From contig NZ_JAQSDK010000033.1 of NCBI RefSeq assembly GCF_029945885.1, forward strand, positions 38,822-102,821: a DNA stretch of 64,000 nucleotides, in the 5' to 3' direction. Origin of the DNA: Brevundimonas sp. GTDB lineage: Bacteria; Pseudomonadota; Alphaproteobacteria; Caulobacterales; Caulobacteraceae. Positions 1 to 8,581 of this stretch are shown one piece after another. A program made the translations under genes and the position numbers. How positions within the stretch are numbered: the stretch's first letter is position 1; the number at the start of each line of letters is the position of its first letter. A model generated the notes under the pieces. It ran no database searches. It was given only the letters and a program-made list of their open reading frames with translations, and had not been told where the DNA came from.

Positions 1-448
1 CGACCTTGGGTCCGTCATCGCCTGACGGCACCGGCGGATTCGGCTCGGGCTCGGCGGTCAGTTCCTCGACCGTCTCGGGGGCCTCGAACTGCAGCATGAA
101 CTGCACCGCCGGGTCATAGAACCGGGTCACGGCCGAATAGGGCACGTTCAGAACCTTGGGCATGCCGCCGAATTTCAGCATCACGCTGAACCGGTCGGCA
201 TCGACGCTCAGGTCCCAGTACTGGTGTTGCAGGATCACCGTCATCTCGTCCGGATATTTGGCGAGCGTGTCCGGCGGGATGCTGACGCCGGGGGCCCGGG
301 TCTTGAAGGTGATGTAGAAATGGTGGGCGCCGGGGATGCCGCTCGGGCCGGCCGCCAACTCGAGGGCAGAGCGGATCACGCCGCGCAGGGCGTCCTGCGC
401 GAGTTGCTCATAGTGCATCTCGTCGACCGGGGGGGTCTCGTCAGCCAT
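1..448 (-). CDS. sspB: SspB-family ClpXP adaptor (3' end runs off the window)
   Basis: Own translation from ATG at 448: MADETPPVDEMHYEQLAQDALRGV...HHFYITFKT...YPDEMTVILQHQYWDL...FYDPAVQF. Typical alphaproteobacterial SspB; lies directly downstream of ssrA. Confidence 0.9.
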   Translation of the reverse strand, partial: MADETPPVDEMHYEQLAQDALRGVIRSALELAAGPSGIPGAHHFYITFKTRAPGVSIPPDTLAKYPDEMTVILQHQYWDLSVDADRFSVMLKFGGMPKVLNVPYSAVTRFYDPAVQFMLQFEAPETVEELTAEPEPNPPVPSGDDGPKV

Positions 449-559
449 CGTCACCTCGGGTGTTCGTGTGACTGATAGCCGTGCAGACGAGGCGACGGAA
501 GACGGTGACGAAAGGAAATGTCGGAGAGACGGTCCGGACCGGGGCCCAAAACCGGAAAA

Positions 560-888
560 GTGCCAGGGGTTCTGTTGGCGGGCCCCCTGGCGGCCCCGCC
601 CCAGGAACTGATCCCTGAGGACTTAAGAGTTCGAAATCAACCGAACCGCATTACGCGGCGAGGCGGACTTCTCCAGCGAAGTTATCGTTCGCAGTTAGAA
701 AATGGCCCGATACGGTAGGCCAGGACGGGCGAAAGAAACCTTTTTACACGTCCGTCGATGCTAGTCGGCCCCATGCTCGCTCCGCCGATAACGCGGGGAA
801 GGAATGGTGGAGCCGCCGGGAATCGCACCCGGGTCCGGTCCGCTTATTACAAGCACGTTTATCGCCATATCCGGAGCAAGCCCCGGCA
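560..888 (-). ncRNA. ssrA: Circularly permuted two-piece tmRNA: acceptor piece ~888-805, intervening segment 804-773, coding piece 772-~560
   Basis: T-arm CCCGGGTGCGATTCCCGG then CGGCTCCACCA ending at 805; GGGGCCGAC 5' acceptor strand at 772; tag frame 692-651 encodes ANDNFAGEVRLAA*. Outer ends are estimates. Confidence 0.95.
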
Positions 889-893
889 ACTCC

Positions 894-922
894 AATATAG
901 GCGGTCATGCCGCCGTTTCCAA
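894..922 (-). promoter_or_regulatory. Sigma70-type promoter of ssrA
   Basis: TTGGAA-N17-TATATT just upstream of the acceptor piece. Confidence 0.7.
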
Positions 923-925
923 GGG

Positions 926-1807
926 TCAGGTGAAGCCGGGATGACGCGGCCAGTCCGGCGTCTGGTTCCTGAACCAGGTCAGCTGGCGTTTGGCATAGTT
1001 GCGGGTCGCCTGCTGCACGGCGGTGACGGCCTCATTCAGGCTGACCTCGCCGCGCAGATGGGCGGCGAAATCGCGCACGCCGACGGCCTTCATGGCCGGC
1101 AGGGTCGGGTCCAGTCGCCGGGCCACCAGGGCCCGCACCTCATCCAGCGCCCCCTGTTCGACCATGGTATCCACCCGGGCGTCGCAGGCGGCATAGAGGC
1201 GATCGCGCGGCGGTTCGACCACCACGGCCTGCCAGCTGCCCTCGGCCAGCACCGGGCGGGTGTCGGCGCGCCAGACGCTGAGCGGTTGCCCGGTGACGGT
1301 CAGCACGGCGAGGGCGCGGATCAGCCGTTGCCGGTCGCCGGGCGCGATGGCGGCCTCGGACTCGGGGTCGGCCTCGACCAGGCGGCGCCGGACCGAGCCT
1401 TCGCCGGCTGAGTCGTACAGCGCGCCGATCTCGTCGCGCACGGAATCGGGAATGTCGGGAATGTCGGCCAGTCCGCGCGTCAGGGCGTTGAAATACAGGC
1501 CGGTGCCACCGACCAGCAGGGCAGGGCGACCCTCGGCAGCCAGTTCGGTCAGCACCGGCATCACCGCCCGGCTCCAGCGGCCGACCGACCAGGCGTCGGC
1601 GGCGTCGGCGATTCCGTACAGCCGGTGTTCGGCGCGCGCCTCATCTTCGGCCGTCGGCCGGGCCGACAGGATGCGCAGGTCGGCATACAGCTGCTGGCTG
1701 TCGGCATTGAGGATGACCGCCCCCGTCCGCTCGGCCGTTTCCAGCGCCAGCCGGGACTTGCCCGAGGCGGTCGGGCCGGCGATCAGCTGGATCAGGGGGT
1801 GGGTCAA
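926..1807 (-). CDS. miaA: tRNA dimethylallyltransferase
   Basis: [22 protein letters not shown] and [15 protein letters not shown] motifs. Confidence 0.97.
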   Translation of the reverse strand: MTHPLIQLIAGPTASGKSRLALETAERTGAVILNADSQQLYADLRILSARPTAEDEARAEHRLYGIADAADAWSVGRWSRAVMPVLTELAAEGRPALLVGGTGLYFNALTRGLADIPDIPDSVRDEIGALYDSAGEGSVRRRLVEADPESEAAIAPGDRQRLIRALAVLTVTGQPLSVWRADTRPVLAEGSWQAVVVEPPRDRLYAACDARVDTMVEQGALDEVRALVARRLDPTLPAMKAVGVRDFAAHLRGEVSLNEAVTAVQQATRNYAKRQLTWFRNQTPDWPRHPGFT

Positions 1808-1884
1808 GATGGCAGGCTCGCGGTTTGTGTCCGGGGGCGATAGAACGCCCCGGCCCCCGCCTCAAGGTTTGTCGGAGTTTCCCC

Positions 1885-2982
1885 TTGGTTGACCGTGCCG
1901 CCGTTCTCTCTGCCCTCGAGGCCGTGATCGATCCGAAATCGGGCAAGCCCCTGTTCGAGGCGGGTCTGGTTCAGGGTCTGGTGGTAGCAGAAGACCGGGC
2001 CGGATTCGTCATCGAGGTGCCGGCCGGCGAGACCGGCCTCTATGCGCCCGTCCGCGACGCGGCCGAGGCGGCGCTGGCCGCGGTGCCCGGTATGGCCCGG
2101 GTATCGGTCATCCTGACCGCCGAGGCCGTCGCGACCCCGGCCCGGCGTACGGCCGGCCTGTCGCCCAAGGCGATGGACCAGTCGCGGGCCAAGGCCCCCG
2201 TGGCCACCGACCGCCCGGCCCATGTGCGGCGGGTCGTCGGCGTGGCCAGCGGCAAGGGCGGGGTCGGCAAGTCGACCGTGGCCGTCAACCTGGCCTGCGC
2301 CCTGGCGGCGCGCGGCCTGCGGGTCGGCCTGCTGGACGCCGATGTCTACGGCCCCTCCCTGCCGACCATGCTCGGCGTCTCGGGCAAGCCGGACTATGTC
2401 GACGGGGCCCTGATCCCGCATGAGGCCTTCGGGCTGAAGGTGATGTCCGTGGGTCTGCTGACCAAGGCCGAGGACGCGATGATCTGGCGCGGACCCATGG
2501 CCTCCCAGGCCCTGACCCAGATGCTGACCCAAACCCGCTGGGGTACCGAAGACCAGCCGCTGGATGTGCTGGTCGTCGACCTGCCACCCGGCACCGGCGA
2601 TGTGCATCTGACCCTTGTGCAGAAGACCCTGCTGGACGGGATGGTCATCGTCTCGACCCCGCAGGAGGTGGCCCTGGCCGACGCGCGCCGGGCCCATACG
2701 ATGTTCGAGAAGGTCGGAGCTCGGACCCTGGGCCTGATCGAGAACATGAGCGGCTTCCCGGATCCGGTGACCGGCAAGCTCATTCCCATCTTCGGCCATG
2801 GCGGGGCGCGCGACGAGGCCGAGCGTCTGGGGGTCAGCTTTCTCGGCGACCTGCCGCTCAGCCAGGCCCTGCGCGAGGGCGGCGACGCCGGACGCCCGCT
2901 GGTCGCGGTCGAATCCGATGGAGACATGGCGCGCCGTTTCGGGGCGGTGGCGGGGACCCTGGCGGAAAAACTCGGTTTCTGA
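1885..2982 (+). CDS. mrp: Mrp/ApbC-family P-loop ATPase (lacks the C-terminal CPxC)
   Basis: GKGGVGKST, DADVYGPS, WRGPM, VDLPPGTGD motifs; TTG start at 1885 with GGAG upstream. Confidence 0.9.
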   Translation: MVDRAAVLSALEAVIDPKSGKPLFEAGLVQGLVVAEDRAGFVIEVPAGETGLYAPVRDAAEAALAAVPGMARVSVILTAEAVATPARRTAGLSPKAMDQSRAKAPVATDRPAHVRRVVGVASGKGGVGKSTVAVNLACALAARGLRVGLLDADVYGPSLPTMLGVSGKPDYVDGALIPHEAFGLKVMSVGLLTKAEDAMIWRGPMASQALTQMLTQTRWGTEDQPLDVLVVDLPPGTGDVHLTLVQKTLLDGMVIVSTPQEVALADARRAHTMFEKVGARTLGLIENMSGFPDPVTGKLIPIFGHGGARDEAERLGVSFLGDLPLSQALREGGDAGRPLVAVESDGDMARRFGAVAGTLAEKLGF

Positions 2983-3044
2983 GGGTTTCCAAACGCAACT
3001 CTAATCGCCACCTTGTCGGTTCCAGTATCCCACGAGGAAGCCCG

Positions 3045-4142
<1,098 letters not shown>

Positions 4143-4169
4143 GCCACGGGGCGTGGCCGCTCGGCAGCC

Positions 4170-4682
4170 TCACAGCTTGCCGAAGGCCACGCCCTTCCAG
4201 CCCCAGCCGCCCTCGGCCGCAGCCTTGTGCAACGGCCCTTTGATTTCGCCGGTATTGAAATGGTAGCTGTAGATTTCGCCCCATGACCCGTCCTCGCGGA
4301 AGGCATGGACGCTCTCGTAGCTGATTTCCCATTGCTGGCCGCGGAACGCCGATCCCGCCAGGCTCAGCGTCGGCACGCCGGCGGACCATTCCACCGACCA
4401 CTCCTGGTCGGTTGAGCGGACGACGCCGAGCGTTTCGTCTAACTTCATCAGCACCTTGAAGACCCGTTTGATCCCGGCCCTGGCAAAGGTCTCGTGCCAC
4501 TGTGCGTCGACGATCTTCCATTCGGCGACCAGATCGACGCCCTCCGGCTTGCCGTTGCGGATATGGAACGGCGCGCTGTCGCGGTTCAGCGCCAGCAGCC
4601 GTTTACGCAGCGTCGCCACCGGCTCGCGCGCCACGCCTGCAGGGGCCGGTCGGCTGCCGGTCAGCCAGCTGAAGAGGCTCAT
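4170..4682 (-). CDS. Hypothetical protein, 170 aa
   Basis: Trp/aromatic-rich globular-looking ORF starting MSLFSWLTGSRP; no motif I can name. Confidence 0.75.
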   Translation of the reverse strand: MSLFSWLTGSRPAPAGVAREPVATLRKRLLALNRDSAPFHIRNGKPEGVDLVAEWKIVDAQWHETFARAGIKRVFKVLMKLDETLGVVRSTDQEWSVEWSAGVPTLSLAGSAFRGQQWEISYESVHAFREDGSWGEIYSYHFNTGEIKGPLHKAAAEGGWGWKGVAFGKL

Positions 4683-4841
4683 GTCAGTTTCCCCAACGGC
4701 CCTGTCCGCCGGGCCCCGGAGAGGTTGGCACGCCGCTGCCCGGCTCACCACTGGTCATCGTCGGAAACCGGCCGCGTGATGGCCGCCGGCCACATCTCTG
4801 ATGCCTGCCGGTAATCAGGGCCGCCCAGCCGCCCTGGCCGT

Positions 4842-5162
4842 TCAGACCGGCTCCACCACCACGGCGGTGCCATAGGCCAGGACCTCGGTGATGCCGTCCA
4901 TGATCTCGTTGGCGTCATAGCGCATGGCCAGGATGGCATTGGCCCCCTGTTCCCGGGCGTGGGTGATCAGATGGTCCAGCGCCTCCTGCCGGGCCGTCTC
5001 GGCCAGGGTGACGTAGATCGACAGCTTGCCGCCGAACACCGACTGGATCGCCCCGCCCAGATTGCCGACGATGCTGCGCGAGCGCACGGTGATGCCGCGT
5101 ACCAGCCCGACCTGTCGCACGATGCGATAGCCGGCGAGGTCGTTGGTGGTTGCCACGATCAT
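4842..5162 (-). CDS. YbjQ/UPF0145 family protein
   Basis: MIVATTNDLAGYRI...GANAILAMRYD...EVLAYGTAV signature. Confidence 0.92.
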   Translation of the reverse strand: MIVATTNDLAGYRIVRQVGLVRGITVRSRSIVGNLGGAIQSVFGGKLSIYVTLAETARQEALDHLITHAREQGANAILAMRYDANEIMDGITEVLAYGTAVVVEPV

Positions 5163-5179
5163 CGTTTCTCTCCGGATGG

Positions 5180-5707
5180 TTAGCGCCGTTTCAGGACGCG
5201 GAAGGTGAAGGCGTGGTCGTCCTTCTCGCCGGGCTCGTGGCGCTCGGAGGCGACCTCCTCGAAGGCGGATTCGTCGAAGGGCGGGAACAGGGCGTCGCCT
5301 TCGGGCTCGGCCTCGACCTCGGTGATATACAGGGTCTTCGCCCGCCCCAGCGTCGCCGCGAACAGGGCGGTGCCGCCGATCACGCAGATCTCGTCGACCT
5401 CATCCTCGGCCCCGTGCTCGCGGGCGATGTCCAGGGCCTCGTCCAGGGTGGTGCAGACCAGGGCCCCGCGCGACTTGCCGTCGGCCTCATAGCCCTCGTC
5501 GCGGGTCAGGACGATGTTGAGCCGGCCGGGCAGGGGCCGCAGCGGCAGGCTCTCCCAGGTGTTGCGACCCATGATGCAGGGCTTGCCGACGGTGATGGCC
5601 TTGAACCGCTGCAGGTCCGAGCGGAGCTTCCACGGCAGGTCACCGTCGCGGCCGATCACCCCGTTGCGACCGCGGGCAACGACGAGGGCGAGGGTGGGGA
5701 TGGGCAT
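5180..5707 (-). CDS. folA: Dihydrofolate reductase
   Basis: NGVIGRDGDLPW, IMGRNTWESL, RPLPGRLNIVLTR, VIGG, GDALFP motifs. Confidence 0.97.
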   Translation of the reverse strand: MPIPTLALVVARGRNGVIGRDGDLPWKLRSDLQRFKAITVGKPCIMGRNTWESLPLRPLPGRLNIVLTRDEGYEADGKSRGALVCTTLDEALDIAREHGAEDEVDEICVIGGTALFAATLGRAKTLYITEVEAEPEGDALFPPFDESAFEEVASERHEPGEKDDHAFTFRVLKRR

Positions 5708-6028
5708 TCAGCGCGGCTCCAGCCAGTGCAGCCATTTGCGCTGCATCGCGGTCTCGAGATCGATGCCCGCGCGGTCGCAGTATAGCAGCAACATCCCCAG
5801 CACGTCCGCCGCCTCGTCGCCGAGCGCCGATGCATCCGGCGTGCCGCGCGCCCGGCCGGTCAGGCGCAGATGCTCGGCGGTCAGCTCGCCCAGCTCCTCC
5901 TGCAGCTTCAGCAGGGCCCAGTCGCGGTCGCGGTCGATATTGTGCTCGGCGGCGTAGAGGTCGGAGATGCGCAGGACGTCGGCCGTCAACCCGGCCAGGG
6001 ACAGCGCGCGTTTGCCGTCCGTCATCAC
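5708..6028 (-). CDS. MazG-like all-alpha NTP pyrophosphatase
   Basis: KLQEELGEL...GDEAADV metal-binding pattern; overlaps the thyA stop and abuts the folA start. Confidence 0.8.
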   Translation of the reverse strand: MMTDGKRALSLAGLTADVLRISDLYAAEHNIDRDRDWALLKLQEELGELTAEHLRLTGRARGTPDASALGDEAADVLGMLLLYCDRAGIDLETAMQRKWLHWLEPR

Positions 6029-6894
6029 ACCGCGACCGCGGCCTTGATGTGCGGCCAGGGGGCATAGTCGCTGAGCACGAAATCGGCGGGTTCATAGGCG
6101 AACAGGTCGTCGTGCGGGGTGAGGGTCATGACCGGCAGGGGCAGGGGCTGGCGCGTCAGCTGCAGCTCGGCCTGTTCGACGTGGTTCAGATACAGGTGGG
6201 CGTCGCCGAAGGTATGGACGAACTCGCCCGGCTCCAGACCGCACACCTGGGCCACCATCAGGGTCAGCAAAGCGTAGGAGGCGATGTTGAACGGCACGCC
6301 CAGGAAGACGTCGGCGCTGCGCTGGTACAGCTGGCAGCTCAGCTTTCCGTCAGCGACAAAGAACTGGAACAGACAGTGGCAGGGCGGCAGGGCCATGTCG
6401 TCGATGTCGCCCGGGTTCCAGGCGGACACGATGTGGCGACGGCTGTTGGGATTGGTCTTCAGGCCTTCGACCAGTCGCGTGATCTGGTCGATCGTCTCGC
6501 CGTTCGGCGTCGCCCACGAGCGCCACTGTTTGCCATAGACGGGGCCGAGGTCGCCGCTCGCGTCGGCCCATTCGTTCCAGATCGAACAGCCGTTCTCCTG
6601 CAGCCAGGCAATGTTGGTGTCGCCGCGCAGGAACCACAGCAGTTCGACGAGGATCGAGCGCAGGTGCAGCTTCTTGGTGGTCAGCAGCGGAAAGCCCCGC
6701 GCCAGGTCGAAACGGATCTGGCGGCCAAACACCCCCAGGGTCCCGGTGCCGGTCCGGTCGTCGCGCCTGACCCCGTTGTCGAGGATGTCGCGCAGCAGGT
6801 TCAGATACTGGAATTCGGGATGATCCGCCGACGCGGCCGGAACCGCCCCGGTGCGGGTCTGCAGGTCAGCGATCTGGGCCAGGGCGTTCATCAC
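6025..6894 (-). CDS. thyA: Thymidylate synthase
   Basis: [41 protein letters not shown] motifs. Confidence 0.98.
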   Translation of the reverse strand: MMNALAQIADLQTRTGAVPAASADHPEFQYLNLLRDILDNGVRRDDRTGTGTLGVFGRQIRFDLARGFPLLTTKKLHLRSILVELLWFLRGDTNIAWLQENGCSIWNEWADASGDLGPVYGKQWRSWATPNGETIDQITRLVEGLKTNPNSRRHIVSAWNPGDIDDMALPPCHCLFQFFVADGKLSCQLYQRSADVFLGVPFNIASYALLTLMVAQVCGLEPGEFVHTFGDAHLYLNHVEQAELQLTRQPLPLPVMTLTPHDDLFAYEPADFVLSDYAPWPHIKAAVAV

Positions 6895-6950
6895 GCCAGA
6901 TTGCCTGATTCGCGGCCCGGCGAATCATCACGAACGCGCTTTCCTGTGGA

Positions 6951-7493
6951 TCAGCCGCCGAAACCGCCGCCGTCGAGGAAAGCCTGTTCCTCCGGCGTGG
7001 TTTCCCGCCCGAGGGCGGCGTTGCGATGCGGGAATCGGCCGAAGCGGACGATGATGTCGCGATGGATACGGCCCCATTTTTCGCTGTCGGCGTCACCGGC
7101 GACCAGGGCCAGATAGCGGTCCTGATCCTCCAGCCGCTCGGAATGTTCGAACGGCAGCAGCAGGAAATTGCGCAGGGCCGGGGCGACCGCGTCATGGTGA
7201 CCGCGCGCGACCGCCGCATTGGCCAGGCTGAGGGCCAGCGGGTCGGTGGCGAAGGCGTGGCCGGTGTCGCGGAACACATTGCGCGGAAACTGGTCCAGCA
7301 GGATCAGCAGGGCCAGGGCCCCGTCCGGCGTCGCCATCCAGTCGTCCAGCTCGCGACGGGCCGCGGCGAAATGGGCGGTTTCGAAACGCTGCCGGAATTC
7401 GGCGTCGAACGCGTCATCCTTGGCGAACCATTTGCCGGGTCCGGCCTGCTGCCAGAAGGTGACGACGGTTTCGGGGGGGATGGCGCTGATCAT
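6951..7493 (-). CDS. DUF924 family protein
   Basis: WFAKDDAFD...LDQFPRNVFR...PFEHSE...IIVRFGRFPHRN pattern; start may be 7493 or 7529. Confidence 0.85.
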   Translation of the reverse strand: MISAIPPETVVTFWQQAGPGKWFAKDDAFDAEFRQRFETAHFAAARRELDDWMATPDGALALLILLDQFPRNVFRDTGHAFATDPLALSLANAAVARGHHDAVAPALRNFLLLPFEHSERLEDQDRYLALVAGDADSEKWGRIHRDIIVRFGRFPHRNAALGRETTPEEQAFLDGGGFGG

Positions 7494-7632
7494 GCCCTGA
7501 ACATGGGGGACCGCAGTGCGCGGGTCCATAGACGGGTCAGGCTGTGTGGCGGGGCGGTGAGGATTTTCAGGACGATGCGGTGGACAGAAGCCGGGCGCGT
7601 CCAAGGTCCGATCCGGGGGGAAACCGGATAAA

Positions 7633-7709
7633 TGGTCGGAGTGAGAGGATTCGAACCTCCGACCCCTGCCTCCCGAAGGCAGTGCTCTACCAGACTGAGC
7701 CACACTCCG
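7633..7709 (-). tRNA. tRNA-Pro(CGG)
   Basis: 77-nt cloverleaf CGGAGTG...CTGCC-TTCGGGA-GGCAG...GGTTCGAATCC...CCGACCA with encoded CCA. Confidence 0.97.
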
Positions 7710-7723
7710 ACTTAAGGAGGCGG

Positions 7724-7752
7724 CTTATAGCGAGGGCATTTGGCTGTCGCAA
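7724..7752 (-). promoter_or_regulatory. Sigma70-type promoter of tRNA-Pro
   Basis: TTGCGA-N17-TATAAG. Confidence 0.75.
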
Positions 7753-7794
7753 GCGGGGATATCGGCCCTGCGAAAATTGTCTGAAAAGCGGGTG

Positions 7795-7823
7795 TTGCAT
7801 CGCCCGCAACGTTCGCGTATCCC
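7795..7823 (+). promoter_or_regulatory. Sigma70-type promoter of tRNA-Gln
   Basis: TTGCAT-N17-TATCCC. Confidence 0.6.
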
Positions 7824-7865
7824 GACCGCCTCCTGACGCACTGTCGTCAGGGATGCCGGACCTGC

Positions 7866-7939
7866 TGGGGAATGGTGTAATGGTAACACAGCGGTTTTTG
7901 GTACCGTCGTTCAAGGTTCGAGTCCTTGTTCCCCAGCCA
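7866..7939 (+). tRNA. tRNA-Gln(TTG)
   Basis: 74-nt cloverleaf TGGGGAA...anticodon loop TTTTGGT...GGTTCGAGTCC...CCCCAGCCA. Confidence 0.97.
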
Positions 7940-8032
7940 TCCGTCCGCCGCGAGTGGCGGCGTCGTCCGCTCCGCGGCACCCGCGCTTTCCCACTCCGGG
8001 CTCCGATGCCGGGCCTGTATGGTCAATGAGCG

Positions 8033-8057
8033 TGAACCAATCCGCCTGACGCGCGTT
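8033..8057 (+). promoter_or_regulatory. Putative EcfG/SigT promoter
   Basis: TGAAC-N16-CGTT, one mismatch to GGAAC-N16-CGTT, upstream of a receiver-domain gene. Confidence 0.5.
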
Positions 8058-8118
8058 CAGACTGTTCGCTGTCCGACATATCTGTGCGTCGATGCGTTGT
8101 TCGAGTTGGAATCGGCTG

Positions 8119-8574
8119 TTGCCCGCAAAGCCTGACCTCCGGGTCATGATCGTTGAAGACCAGGCCCTGCTGGCCATGGAACTCGAGCTGGTCCTGGCCG
8201 ACTCAGGCTGCGCCGTCGTGGGCTGCGCCATGGACCGGGCCGGGGCTCTGGTCATCGCCGAGCGCGAACGGCCCGATCTGGCGCTGGTGGATGTGAATCT
8301 TCTCGACGGCATGACCGGCCCGCTGGTGGCCGAGACCCTCGTCAAGAAATACGGCGCGGCCGTCGTCTTCCTGACCGCGAATCCTGAACAGATCCCGGAG
8401 GGGTTTGCCGGTGCCCTCGGGGCGATGTCCAAGCCTGTCGATGAGCGGACCGTCAATGATGTCGTGGGCTTCGCCCGCGAATTCATCGACCATCACACCG
8501 TGGGTGAGATCCCGCGCCGGTTCCGGCTCGCGCCGTGGATGACGCGGCTCGAGCCCGGCAAGAGCCCCCACTGA
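8119..8574 (+). CDS. Single-domain response regulator (general-stress-response type)
   Basis: VEDQ acidic pocket, LVDVNL phospho-Asp, FLTAN, SKP; TTG start inferred. Confidence 0.88.
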   Translation: MPAKPDLRVMIVEDQALLAMELELVLADSGCAVVGCAMDRAGALVIAERERPDLALVDVNLLDGMTGPLVAETLVKKYGAAVVFLTANPEQIPEGFAGALGAMSKPVDERTVNDVVGFAREFIDHHTVGEIPRRFRLAPWMTRLEPGKSPH

Positions 8575-8581
8575 TCCGGGG

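Noticed and set aside
518-718. 66-aa ORF over the tmRNA
   Set aside because: Antisense to ssrA; no coding support.
7494-7703. Extension of the DUF924 ORF through tRNA-Pro
   Set aside because: Chance read-through of a tRNA gene.
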